Below are positions 14,689 through 27,771 of a DNA stretch of 64,000 nucleotides, piece by piece; position 1 is the first letter of the stretch, and the number at the start of each line of letters is the position of its first letter. The translations under genes were made by a program, and so were the position numbers. Below the pieces are notes generated by a model. That model saw nothing but the letters and a program-made list of their open reading frames with translations, did not search any database and was not told where the DNA came from. The stretch comes from Okamejei kenojei. Lineage: Eukaryota. Where the stretch lies: the NCBI GenBank assembly GCA_035221665.1, contig CM069152.1, positions 39,618,001 to 39,682,000 of the forward strand, given 5' to 3'.

Positions 14689-16344
14689 TATTAGCAAATA
14701 TGATACGGTGCTTTAAAGAATGGAAATATAAATACATACTAAAGTGTTTTATATAATGTATTGTACATATGCCAAATGATTAAAATAGTTAATTATCAGT
14801 CATGTGCTGAACCTACTTTATATTCTTGTAACTTCTTGCGCATATCATTGACATTAATGAGATCAACGTTAGAGATATTATCTATATTTTGGTAAACTAA
14901 ACCCATGTAAATATGGAATATGCAGCTGTGACTTTAAGAGAGAAATCCAGATTTGGTAGTTGCTCTGTTGCACAGGTGGAATCTTATCTCAATATTCACA
15001 ATTGGCTCAGTGTCAGTCAGACTTCTAAAATGACACAAACAAGCCACTGCAAATATTGAAAATTTGATATAAAATCAGAAGCACTTCAAATAAAATGTCA
15101 CTGTCCACAGCAAAACCAACAAAACCCAGTTACATGATTGCTACTTCCTTAATTTACATCCTGCCACTCTTACGGTCTGAAAAATCTTGTAGCTAAAGAT
15201 AAAATTGATTTATGATCCAACCTGACCTCCTGTGCACCCCTGACGTCAGCTGCCTTGACTCGATGTTCTAAATCTTCTCCCTAAATGTTTCCTCCCGTTT
15301 AATGTACTTAAAGACACTGTTTACAATCTATTTCGTCGCTTGTCTGATAAGTTATTCTATAGGTTGGTGATTTTATTTCACAAGGCAAAGACATTAAGCT
15401 GACGTTTGCGATGCTCCTGAAAGAGCTGCACGCACCCATTTGCTGGTTACTTTGACAAAGAGGAATCAGTGCTTGGAAGAGAGAAAAAAAGATCAAAGTC
15501 CACTGGAGTAAATTGTTTAATTTTAGTTTATACAATGTAAAAACTTAATTTGATCATTACACCTTTTTTGAAAGCTTTCTAGTTCTAAAAATTAAGATCA
15601 TTACTTTTAAGTGCGTGGGTATCATTTTTCACTTTTCCCCAAATAATTTTTATTTCCAGCAAGATATCAGTTGAGCAGAGGACTACACGCATGGCCCTGT
15701 ATTATTCTGCCACACTTTATCAAAATCAATTTGAAACCTGCTATTCGAGTATTTCAGCTTCTTGCAACAAATTTCAAACACGGTAATTCCCAGTAACCCG
15801 GCCGTCTATGATGTAATGAAATGCAATCTCAGAAGAGTTAGAACATCAGCAATGAAGAGTAGAAATGTGTAGGAAGGAACTGCAGGTGCTAGTTAAACCG
15901 AAGATAGACACAAATCTGGAGTCTCATTGTTCGTAACTCGTTTTCACCTAGCCCCCAGCCAACAATGTTTCCTGTATCATTGTTACTATTTTGCATTTCT
16001 TTAATTCATTTGTTCTCTGTCTCTCTATATCACCGTCTATATCTCTCGGTTCTCTTTCCCCTGACACTCAGTCTGAAGAAGGGTATCGACCCAAAATGTC
16101 ATCTATCTGACCCGCTGAGTTACTCCAGCTTTTTGTGTCTAGCAATGAAGTACTATTGGAGTTAGGCTGCCCTTTTCTATATTACACTGTGCTGGAGTAA
16201 CCAGCAAGTCAAGCAACATATCTGGCAATGAACCTACCTCAGACCTGAAATGTCACCCAACAATGTCCTGCTGAGTTACTCCAGCACTCTGTGTTCTACA
16301 CAAGATTCCAGCATCTGCAGTTCCTTTCAGTAATGTTTTTATAT

Positions 16345-17240
16345 CCCAGTATAGAGTCATGCAACACAGAAACAGGCCCTTTGACCCAACTTGCCCATGC
16401 CGACCACCTACACTAGATCTACATATTCACGTTTGGCCCATATCTCCCTAAACTTTAACTTAACAACATCCTTCCTACAGCAAGGTGAGCAAAACTGCTC
16501 ATCAATGCCTTGTACAACTGTAACATACATCCCAACTTCTATAATCAATACCCAGACTGATGACGGCCAATATAGAAAAATCCTTCTTGACCACCCCATA
16601 AACCTGTGACGTTACAGTTAAGGAGCTATGCACCTGTACTCCTAGATCCCTCTGCTCAACAACACTTCACAGGCCCCAGCCATTCACTGCAAATGTCCTC
16701 CTTTTGACTCCCCAAAATCCAACACCTCGCACTTATCTGCATTAAATTCCATTAACAATTCCTCGGCCCACTTGCCCAAACTGACCACGATCCTCCTGTA
16801 ATTATTTATAACCATCTTCAGTATCTTGGTGTCATCTGCAAACGTACTCATCATGCCTTCTACATTCTGAGCCATATTGTTGATTTAAACTATAGACAGC
16901 AATGGGCCCAGCGCCAATCCCGGAGGCACACAACAAGTCACAATCCTCCAGTCCAAAAAACAATCTTCCACCATCACCCTCTGCTTCCAACCATGAAGCC
17001 AATTCTGTATCCAGTCAGCCAGCTCTCCATGGTTCCCATGCCATCTAACCTTCCAGAGCAGCCTACCATGCAGGACCTTACATGCTGGTCCATATAGACA
17101 ACATCAACGGCCTAAACCCCACCAACCTTTGTTTAGCTCAGCTTCATAAGACTCAATCTCCATGCACAACGTACAAAGCCATGCTGGCTATCCCGAATCA
17201 GCCAGTCTAAATCTAAATGCACATACATCTTATCCCGCAG
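16345..17240 (-). mobile_element. Older CR1 LINE remnant
   Basis: STFADDTKI..WAEELLMEFNADKCEVLDFG (ORF 16684-16875). Confidence 0.75.
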
Positions 17241-17959
17241 AATACTCTCCACTACTGTTTTTGTGACACTCAATAAAGTGAAGTGGTCTGATAATCAATT
17301 GTATCCATGATCCACTGTATCATTTTTCCCTTCTTCAGTGCATAGTTTTTACTACCAACTTTACTCCTCATTGGCACATGTGACCTACTCAGTGAAATAA
17401 ATCTTTATTATCAAATGCCGAAAAGATCAAATGTTCCGAATAAATAAATCTTTATGGCAGAAGATTAGCACACTCATATAAAGAAGTTAATTGAGAAAGT
17501 TAATGAAGAAGCACACATTTCCATAGATTTCAAACTCCGAGCTCTCTCCTCAAGGCATTGATTCCTGAGAGGCTGCACAAACAGATGACTACTTTGCCAG
17601 GTATTCTCCATGCGTGACTACAGAGCGTAGGTAGAGGCAGCCTACTTTGTAGGCATCACAGCAAAATACTTAAAAAGTCAAAGGACCCCCTACTCGACGA
17701 ACAGTAGCTTCCAACTTGTATTTCAGAATACCAGCCCTATTTGATCTCACAAATTCCTGCAGTTTTGGGAAAAGTCGTTGAAATACTGCTACAATTTTAA
17801 AATAACAGATTTGTTGCAAAAGCTTGTAGGATCACACAGTTCTTTGGAAACAAGGTTTTAAGCATAACAATAATCTTTGCATTGATCCTGGGCAGACTGA
17901 TATGCCACTTCAAAGCAGAGAAATGTTACAGCATCACACTGTATGTACATGGATATCAA

Positions 17960-18288
17960 TAGAAATAGGAGGAACAGCACCTCATATTTCGCTTGGGCAG
18001 CTTGCAACCCAGCGGTATGAATATCGACTTCTCTAACTTCAAGTAACCCTTGCTTTCCCTCTCTCTCCATCCTTCCCCCATCCTAGTTCTCCGACCAGTC
18101 TGACTGACCCTGATTACATTTTATCTTTATACGCTTTGTTGTCATTTAGCTAACAATCATCTATTCTACATTCTCCCTGATCTTCATCCCCTTTGATGTC
18201 TCGTTTTCACAATTTACCCTTCCATATCTCTGTGTCTCCCCCTCCCCTGAGTTTGAAGAAGAGTCTTCACCCGAAGCATCACCCGAAA
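17960..18288 (+). mobile_element. Penelope-like 3' fragment
   Basis: EEQHLIFRLGSLQPSGMNIDFSNFK* followed by a terminus with a decayed TGAAGAAG...CCCGAA motif. Confidence 0.75.
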
Positions 18289-18289
18289 T

Positions 18290-19443
18290 AGACAAATGTA
18301 GGTCCATTACAGTCAGACAGGTGAATTTATAATGGGAAACAAGGAAATGGCAGAACAGTTAAACAAGTACTTTGGTGCTGTCTTCACTAAAGAAGACACA
18401 AACAATCTCCCAGAAATACTAAGGGACCGAGGATCTAGTGGGAGGGAGGAGCTGAAGGGAATTCATATTAGTCAGGAAATTGTGTTAGGTAAAGTGTTGG
18501 GACTGAAGGAAGATAAGTCCCCAGGGCCTGATGGTCTGCATCCCAGAGTACTCAAGGAGTTGGCCCTAGAAATCATGGATGCATTGGTGATCGTTTCCCA
18601 ATGTTCTCTCGACTCTGGAACAGTTCCTGTGGACTGGAGGGTAGACAATGTAACTCCACTTTTTAAGAAAGGAGGGAGATAGAAAACTGGGAATTATAGA
18701 TCAGTTAGCCTTACATCGGTAGTGGGGAAGATGCTGGAGTCGATTATTAAAGATGTTATAGCAGCGCATTTGGAAATCAGTGACAGGATCAGTCAAAGTC
18801 AGCATGGATTTATGAAGGGGAAATCATGCTTGACTAATCTTCTGGAATGTAACAAGTAGAATGGATAAGGGAGAGCCAGTGGATGTGGTGTATCTGGACT
18901 TTCAAAAAGCCTTTGACAAGGTCCCAAACAAGAGATTAGAGTGCAAAATTAGAGCACATGGTATTGGGGGTAGGGTATTGAGATGGATAAAGAACTGGTT
19001 GGCAGACAGGAAGCAAAGAGTAGGAATTAACGAGTCCTTTTCAGAATGGCAGGCAGTGATTAGTGGGGTGCAGCAAGGCTAGTTGCTGGGACTACTGTTA
19101 TTTACTATATATATTAACGATAGACGAGGGAATTAAATGTGACATCTCCAAAGTCTTGCGGCAGTGTGAGCTGCGATGAGGATGCTATGAGGCTGCAGAG
19201 TGATTTGGACAGGTTGGGTGAGTGGGCAGATGCAGTATAATGTGGATAATTGTTAGGTTATCCACTTTGGTGGCAAGAACAGGAAGGCAGATTATTATCT
19301 GAAGAGTCAAGAGTGGTTTATTGTCATATGTCCCAGATCAAACAATGATATTATTGCTTGCTGCAGCACAACAGAATATGTAATTGTAATAAATAATAAC
19401 AAAAACAAAAGCTCAGAATAAAAAGAACAAACAATAACAGTGC

Positions 19444-19484
<41 letters not shown>

Positions 19485-20750
19485 GTCTATTGTAGTTAAT
19501 TTCTTATGAGGATGTAGTGTTTAATGGCCTGCTGGCTGTAGGGAAGAAGCTGTTCCTGAACCTGGTCGTTACAGTTCTCAGGCTCCTGTACCTTCTTCCC
19601 GATGGCAGTGGTGAGCTGATGGCCAGGATGGATGTTGGCTGCCTTTTTGAGGCAGCGACTATGACAGATCCCTTCGATGGTGGGGAGGTCTGAGCCGGTG
19701 ATGGACTGGGCAGTGTTTACAACTTTCTGCAGTCTTTTCCACTCCTGGACGTTCAAGTTGCCGAACCAGGCCACGATGCAACCAGTCGGTATGCTCTCTA
19801 CTGTACACCTGTAGAAATTCAAGAGAATCCTCTTTGACATACTGAATCTTCGTAATCTTCTCAGGAAGTAGAGGCACTGATGTGCTTTCTTTAAAATTGC
19901 ATCAGTGTGCTGGGTCCAGGAAAGATCTTCGGAAATATGCACCCCCAGGAATTTGAAGTTTTTGACTCTATCCACCATCGTCCCATTGATCTAAACAGGA
20001 TTGTGGGTCCCCAACCTTCCTCTTCCAAAGTCCACAAACAGTTCTTTCGTTTTGGAAAAGGGGCTTGTACATCAGTCACTGAAAGTAAGCATGCAGGTAC
20101 AGCAGGCAGTGAAGAAAGCTAAAGACATGTTGGCCTTCATGGCGAGCAGATTGGAGTTGAAGAGCATGGAGGTCCTACTGCAGTTGTACAGGGCCCTGGT
20201 GAGACCGCACCTGGAGTATTGTGTGCAATTTTGGTCTCCTAATTTGAGGAAAGACGGTATTGCTAGTGAGGGAGTGCAGCGTAGGTTCACCAGGTTAATT
20301 CCTGGGATGGCGGGACTGACATATGATGAAAGAATGGGTCGACTGGGCTTGTATTCACTGGAATTTAGTAAGATGAAAGAGGAGCTTATAGAAACATATA
20401 AAATTCTTAAAGAATTAGACAGACTAGATGCAAGAAAAATGTTCCAGATGTTGGGAGAGTCCAGAACCAGGGGACACAATTTAAGAATAAAGGCTAGGCC
20501 ATTTAGGACTGAGATGAGGAAACACCTCTTTACCTAGAGAGTTGTGAATCTGTGGAATTATCTGACACAGAAGGCAGTGGAGGCCAATTCACTAGATATT
20601 TTCAAGAGAGAGTTAAATTTAGCTCTTAGGGCTAAAGAAATCAAGTGGTATGGGGAAAATGCAGGAACGGGCTACTGATTTTAGTTGATAAGCTATGATT
20701 ATATTGAATGACGGTGCTGGCTCCTGCACCTATTTTTCTATGTTTCTATG
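18290..20750 (+). mobile_element. CR1 LINE ORF2 remnant hosting the nested Rex1
   Basis: [50 protein letters not shown]; multiple stops. Confidence 0.9.
19303..20052 (-). mobile_element. Rex1/Babar LINE 3' fragment nested antisense in CR1; (AAT)n at 19445-19483
   Basis: ORF 19496-19978: VKNFKFLGVHISEDLSW..KKAHQCLYFLRRLRRF..FYRCTVES. Confidence 0.85.
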
Positions 20751-21539
20751 TCACCCATTCCTTCAGGAGATGCTGCCTGTCCTGCTGAATTACTCCAGCA
20801 TTGTGTGTCTATCCTCAGTGTAAACCAGCATCTGCCGTTCCTTCTTACACAATAGAATCTGCTCACGGTACAAGTAATTTTTTGAAAACAATAAAACTCC
20901 ATATAGTAAACATAGTTTAAATTTCTAGTTGGACAGGCAGCCACTCGTGAGTTCAATGTGTAATTAATGCACAGATTCAACATTTTCTTCAAAGTATGTT
21001 GAATCTGCACATGATGGTGCTGGTAGGTGAGGAGAGACTGCCCAAGTTAAATGACGGAGGGGCACAGATGCACCAGTTGTGAGATTCGCTGGATCTAGTT
21101 TAGTTTAGTTTATTTTCACCTGTACCGAGATACAGTGAAAAGCTTTGGTTTCATGCTAACCCAGCGGAAAGCCCGCTCCACTATATCCTCCTACCAATTT
21201 GCAAGTTATTAATGTTGTTTTTCCCTTTCTATCTTAAATCAATTAATTGTTCCCTCCTTTTTAAAAAAAAAACACACAATCTTACTCCAATTTACCTTCC
21301 TTTTGGGGTTTTTTTTAATAAATCTCTGGTTAAGCAGGTAGCTATTATATATGTTCATAAATTCATGCTCCAGGAGCAGAATGTGGCCATTTGGCCCATC
21401 AAGTCTACTCTGTCATTCAATCATGGCTGATCTATCTTTCCCCCTCACCCTAATTTTCCTGCCTTCTCCCCATGGCCCCGACACCAGTACTAATCAAGAA
21501 TTTCCGTGCCGTCCTGCCATCCACATCGCCATCCTCGAC

Positions 21540-22305
21540 TCAGTTACAGCAATTTGGAGGACAAAGAACTTACAAGCTGAAGGATATAGGACCGCTCAAG
21601 GATAAAGGAGGGAATGTACCTTTAGAGTCAGAGGATGTCGGTTACATACTAAATAAGTACTTGGCAAGGAGAAGGCCATGGAGGACTGTGACATCAGTGT
21701 GGGGAATACTAATATGCGAGGGCATTTCAAGGTCAAGAAGGGGGTGGTGTTGGGACTCCTGAAGGGAAGTAAGATGGATAAATCCCCAGGCCATCTACGT
21801 TACGTAATTAAGAGAAGCAAGAGAGGAGATTGTAGGGGTCTTGACGAAGATCATTGTATCCACTCTCATCACAGGAAAGGTCCCTGGAGGAATGGAGGGT
21901 AGCCAGTGTTATTCATTTGTTTAAGAAGGGGAGTAGAGATAGTCCATGGAACTCTAAACCATAATGCCTCGTGTCAGTGGTAGAGATGCCATTCGAGAGG
22001 TTTCTTCGGAATAGGATTTGCTCACGTTTGGAAATGAATAAGGTAAGAGGGGCTGAGTTTAAAGTTAATATGCAGGGCAGGTTGTTTTATTCCTATACAG
22101 AGAATGGTGGTTGCATGGTACAAGTTGTCAGGGGTAGTGGAGAAGGCAGATGCAATAGTGGCATCTGTGAGGCTTATGGATAGGCACATGGAGATGCAAG
22201 GAATGGAGGAATATAGATCATGTGCGGGAAACGTGATTAGTTTAACTTGCCATCATGTTCGGCATGAACATGGTAGGCCGAAGGGCCTGTCTTGTCCTGT
22301 CCCAT
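21540..22305 (+). mobile_element. Degraded CR1 fragments
   Basis: IGPLKDKGG..LNKYL, DKSPG and 3' tail remnants. Confidence 0.6.
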
Positions 22306-22896
22306 GTAGCAAATGTCCCACTCTGCAAGATACTTTAGCAATTTCCCACCAAATATATTCAGGGAAGGAACATGAAGACAGGGAACTATAATATGGTTGG
22401 AGTATTTCAATATTCCCAAGATACATAAAGGATTGAAAGTGAAGGACCTGCACTGAAATATTACAATCTATTCATTTAATCCATGTCCTTGCACAATATC
22501 CCACCCTCTTCTGTACAATTCCACTGCAGCTCCACAACCCCCGCAAATCTCTGTATTCCACTCTATCCCCAAATTTATACAAAACAAAGGCATCAGTTAT
22601 ACTTTAACATTAGTGGACCATCAAAATAATTTTTTTTCAAAACAGAAAGGAGGCCCCCCCCCCCCCCCCCCCCCCGCCAAGAAAAAAAAATCACACCAGC
22701 CATAACAGTACTAAATATCAGATCAGGTTCAAGGGCATTATGACTCCTCCAGTTCTTATTTTTGATACCAATCACTTTTGCCCAAACACTTTCCTCCCTC
22801 CCTCAACCATGTTTACTAATAGAGTCATCAATGTGTTTAATTAAGCAAATACGTCACAGTTGTGATACCTCTTGATTTAACCTCTATCTCTTCATG

Positions 22897-23170
22897 GGCG
22901 ACATGGTGTCACAGCGGTAGAGTAGCTACCTCACAGCGCCAGAGACCCGGGTTCCATCCCGACTATGGGTACTGTCTTTCCGGAGTTTGTATGTTCTCCC
23001 GGTGACTTGCGCGGGTTTTCGCCGAGATCTTTCGGTTTCCTCCCACACTCCAAAGACGTACTGGTTTGCAGGTTAATTGGCTTGGTCTAAATGTGTTAGT
23101 ACAGCTGGCCGGTATAGACTCGGCCGGCTGAAGGGCCTGTTTCCGCGCCGTACCTCTAAACTAAACTAAA
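22897..23170 (+). mobile_element. V-SINE (HE1-like)
   Basis: Same head, V-domain and tail as 13066-13391; B-box GGTTCCATCCC. Confidence 0.85.
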
Positions 23171-23762
23171 TCTTCTGTGGAATTGTTCATTCTATATTTC
23201 AACAGATTCCTCACCATCTAAATAATACTCTTTTTCATAAAAAGATATGGGGCCTCCATGTTAAAGGATACAGTAAATGGGGGGTGTGTGTGTCCGGAAG
23301 GTGCACTAATGTACAGAAGATTTTGGGGTGCAAGTCTATAGCTCCCGGAAAGTGGAAACACAGTCAATAGGACAGTGAAGGTGTACGCCACATATATCTA
23401 CTTTGGTTGTGCTGTTGAGTATACAAGTCAGGAAACCATGTGTAAAACTATATAAAACTTTGGTTTGGTCACATTTGGAGCATTGTGTCTAGTTCTGCTT
23501 GCAGGAAAGATGTGGGAGGCTTTGAAGAGAGGCATGGATGATTCACGGGGGTATTGCCTGAATTGGAACGCAATAGCTATGGGGAATTTGGATCAGTTTC
23601 TCGAGTCTAGAGCATCGGAGACTGGGGGCAACCCGATAGAAGCGCAAAAAATTACTCAAGGCATAAATAGGTTAGATGGTTCAGTCCTTTCCCACGCTGG
23701 AATGCCTGTACTAGTGTCGGCCTGCACCTGTGATGGAACTTTCTAGTGTGGGCCTTTACCTG

Positions 23763-24042
23763 TTTAGTTTAGGGATTCACCCCCGAGTCCACACCGACCA
23801 TCAACCCCCGCACACTAACACTATCCTACACACACTAGTGACAATTTACATTTATACCCAGCCAATTAATCTACAAACTTGTACGTCTTTGGAGTGTGGG
23901 GGGAAACTGATATCGGAGAAAACCCACGGAGGTCACCAGAAGAACGTCCAAACTCCGAACGGATAAGACCCGTAGTCGGGATCGAACCCAGGTCCCTGGC
24001 ACTGAGAGGCAGCAACTCTACCGTTGCGCCAACCTGCTGCCC
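23763..24042 (-). mobile_element. V-SINE (HE1-like)
   Basis: Reverse complement of the same consensus; B-box GGTTCGATCCC. Confidence 0.85.
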
Positions 24043-26472
24043 ACATGCACCACAGTGATGAACTGTTATACCTTCACTCAAAGAAAATAAATAATTTGCA
24101 TTCACAAAACACCTTTCAAAACTTCATGGTTGTAATGTAGGCATCTGGAATGGGCTGTCGAGAGTCTCACACCTGACTTAAGTACTTCAACCGATCGTCA
24201 CTGACAAGCCCAACATTCGTTGCCTAACCCTAATTGGCTTTGGAAAGGTAGTGATGAGTTGCCTCATGAATCATTGCACTCATTCTGCTGAACAACATTG
24301 GTTTTGGTTGGCAGTCACCGGAATTTAGACTTCAGAAGATGAACAAGCACATTGAGGTCATTTGGTGTGCAACGTGTAAGAGAAGCTGCAAATGTGAATG
24401 TTCCATAATGCTGTGCGTTTATCACTCTTGTTATAGACGGTGCACATTGCAGCCATGATGCACGAATATAGGGAATGTTTAGGTGCTGGAGAGGGTGCCA
24501 GTCCAGCAGGCTGCTTTATCCTAGGTGGTGTTGAGCATCATATTATTGCAGGAGCTCTACATCCAGGCATAGGTATTACCACACACTTCTGAGCTGTGCC
24601 TTGTAGATGGTGAAAAGGCTTTGGGGTTTCATGAGGAGCATCTAGACACCCATTTTCAGGGAGCACAGAACATCCAGCCTCTGACCTGATCTTTGTTGCC
24701 ATGGTTATTTAGTCCACTGGTCAAAGATATGGCCGTCAATGATTCTCCAGGAGAATGTGGATCTGTGGGCCAGGTCAATGGATATTTTAAGGCAGAGATA
24801 GCTAGTTGATTAGTATGGGTGTCAGGGGCTATGGAGAGAAGGGCAGGAAAATGGAGTTAGGGGAGAGAGGTAGATCAGTCATGATTGAATGACAGAGTAG
24901 ACTTGATGGGCCGAATGGCCTAATTCTGCTCCTGTCACTTTTGACCTAATGACATGATCGTCTTTTGTTTGAGGTATGACTCTGATCATAGAAACATTTT
25001 CCCTTTCTCATTCGTTGAAGTCTCTTTTACCAAGGATCCCTCATAGTCAGACACAGAGGTTGAGGATAGTTACTCTCAACTCACATCTAGAATATAGCCA
25101 TCTCTTTCACATTTGGACCAAGGCTGGTAGTAACAGCACACACAAATCACAGGCTACAGTGGACATTGTACAAATGGATCACAGCAAGTCATGGGATACA
25201 TAGTTCTCAGCATCCATCTGACATCTGGTTGAATTCCAAACATAACACGTTAGCAAGGAGTGAATTCCTTGTGGGAATTTTTTGCACATCCTGCTGTAGT
25301 AGTTAGTTTTGAAACACCAGTGGCTGCGGAAACAATGCCAAGCAACTTGGAGAACGTGAAAGGGTGGATCCTCAACAATACACGAACAATTTCTCCTGCT
25401 TCACACATGGAGAAGTTAAATATATGTAATGCTGAAGAAAGATAATTTCCACTATTAAACATAAATGAAATTAACAATCTTTTTTGGGACATTTTCAAAG
25501 ACACTGCACTGATACAACTCAAAATTTGTTTTGAGGCTCCGCACAGAACAACTATACTGGTTTTGTTAAGGTTAGCAAACCATTCTCTCCAGGAAGAAAT
25601 TAATATTTCATGTTGTATAATGTCACGTATCAGCACTAAACCAATCTCTCTGCACAGCACTGTAATATCAGTCTCTTTAACTCTCAGAAGGCCATGACAT
25701 CATTACACAGAGCAGTACTTCCAACATGGGCGTGAATGCACAGACAATGAAGGTGCGCTCAGCTGCCATTTTCTTTAACATTCAGCAACATCAGGGGAGC
25801 CGTGTCTGCTTTTAATCTTAATCCTTGCTGCATTCACACTGAATAAACTCCCAGGACACCCTCTGCTGGGAATGCTGACTAACTGTCACCCGGAAAAGAC
25901 AAGTGACGCAAGATAAAACGGTTCAGCAGTTACAGTAGTTGCATCGAAATGCAGTTGCTTTTGTTCCGAGGACATACGTGTGTTTCTGTGTGTCAGTCTG
26001 ATGAATTGCAGGGTTCTCCTTTATAATCCATGCAAGATATTTAAGATTTGCCATATTTGCGTTAATTCTATACAATGGCATGTGCATTATTCAAAACACA
26101 GCAGTTTCCTCTTGAGTTTTATTTCTGAAGTGCGAATGTTAGGCGGTAAATAAGTAAACATGCACTACAATGAGCATGAAAATAACCTTAAAGACTTCTT
26201 GCTCAGTAGGATACTAATGTAGGATTGAGCTCATTCCCAGTATTCAGGCAAAATACAGCATCTGACTAAAATCACAGCCAAGATCTGACGAAAAAAAGAG
26301 GTCATTTTAAACCAAGATTAGGTGGAAGGGCAACAAACATATCATTGTGGTGATTTAGGATTAGAAAATGTTCAGTATTCGCTTTCTACTTTCGTCTTTA
26401 CTAATACATTTACATACAATTTAAAAACAACAATGGACATCTATCTATCTTCTATCTATGTCTATATATATG

Positions 26473-26595
26473 GCAACCTTCACGTGGCCCGCCCTGTTTC
26501 GACGAATGCAATCAACCCGGCGTGTACAATCAAATAAGATCAAATAGAACAAGTTGTCCAACAACTTTAGGCTGTGCACGCCACACACAAGAAGA
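26473..26595 (+). mobile_element. 5'-truncated second copy of the ribozyme-headed retroposon
   Basis: GCAACCTTCACGTGGCCCGCCCTGTTTCGACGAATGCAATC...GCTGTGCACGCCACACACAAGAAGA is homologous to the reverse complement of 27772-27897. It lacks the P1 5' strand. Confidence 0.8.
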
Positions 26596-27771
26596 TCTAT
26601 ATCTATCTACACCTTCTATCTATCTATCTATACTATTACTAAAACTCTCATCTCTTCCGGTTTGCGTTGTGTTTTAAAATTGCACGAAAACGGTATCCTA
26701 TATCGCTAGGATTTTTTCGCCACTTCTCCTCTCACCGTTCTCCTCTGCTCCAAGAGCACCAAGTTTTGTTCCAATCAGTGAAATATTATAAAGTTTATTG
26801 GTCTGTTATTCGCTGCGACGGCGACGCCTCTTCCGGCAACTGCTGTCAATCACCGGCGCCGAGTGTGTGCTGTGTTCCGCGGGCGGGTGCTGGCTGCGTT
26901 AGCGGGCAGGCGCTGTGAGCGCGACAGGCGCTGGGGATGGGAGCTGGTGAGTGAGGTCAGAGCCAGAGCCAGGGCCAGGAACCGGTGAGCCCCCACACCA
27001 CCCCTCCCCCACACCACCCCTTCCCCTACACCCCCCCTATAGCCCCCTCCCCCACACCTCCCTCTTCTACACCCCCCTCCCCTACACTCCCTCCCCTACA
27101 CCCCCCTCCCCACATACCCCCACCCTACACCCCCCTCTCCCCTACACCCCCCTCTCCCCTACACCCCCTCCCCCACACTACACCCCCCTCCCCACATAAC
27201 CCCTCCCCCACACATCCCCACCCTACACCCCCTCCTCCACCACACCACCCCTCCCCCACACCCCCCCTATAGTCCCCTCCCCTACACCCCCACCCTACAT
27301 CCCCCCTCCCTCCTACACCCCCGACCCCTACAACCCCTCCCCCACACACACCCCCACCCTACACTCCCCCCACTACACCCCCTCCCACACACACCCCCAC
27401 TCCCTCACACACCTCCCCATCCCTGCACATCCCCCCTCCCCGCACATCCCTCCTCCTCCACACACCCCCTTCCCCCACACACATGCCCCCCTCCCTCACA
27501 CACCTCCTCCCTCCCCCACACACCCCACTGCCCCACGCACACGCCCCACACACACACTCTCGCCCACCCCCCCCCCCCACCAGCTCCCGACAGGCCCCAC
27601 CTGGCCCGCCTGAAGCCGTCCCCCTCCCCTGGCTGCAGGACGCTCCCCGTCTGAAGCCCTCCCTGTCCCCCGGCTACAGAACGCTCCCGATGTTGCGTTG
27701 GGGGAACAGGTGAGTGGTGGAATATTGCGTTGGGGAACGGGTTGCGTTGGGGGACCAGGCCTCCAGTGTGA

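Noticed and set aside
25677-25769. Short minus-strand ORF starting MAAERTFIV, reminiscent of the NDP kinase N-terminus
   Set aside because: Similarity ends after ERTFI; there is no KPDG motif and no splice donor at that point, and a stop follows after 30 codons.
26473-26513. Second copy as an active ribozyme
   Set aside because: It lacks the P1 5' strand and half of P2, has an A.C mismatch in P3, and is antisense to the gene.
26951-27713. Extensin-like Pro/His/Thr ORFs
   Set aside because: C-rich low-complexity interior of the Helitron.
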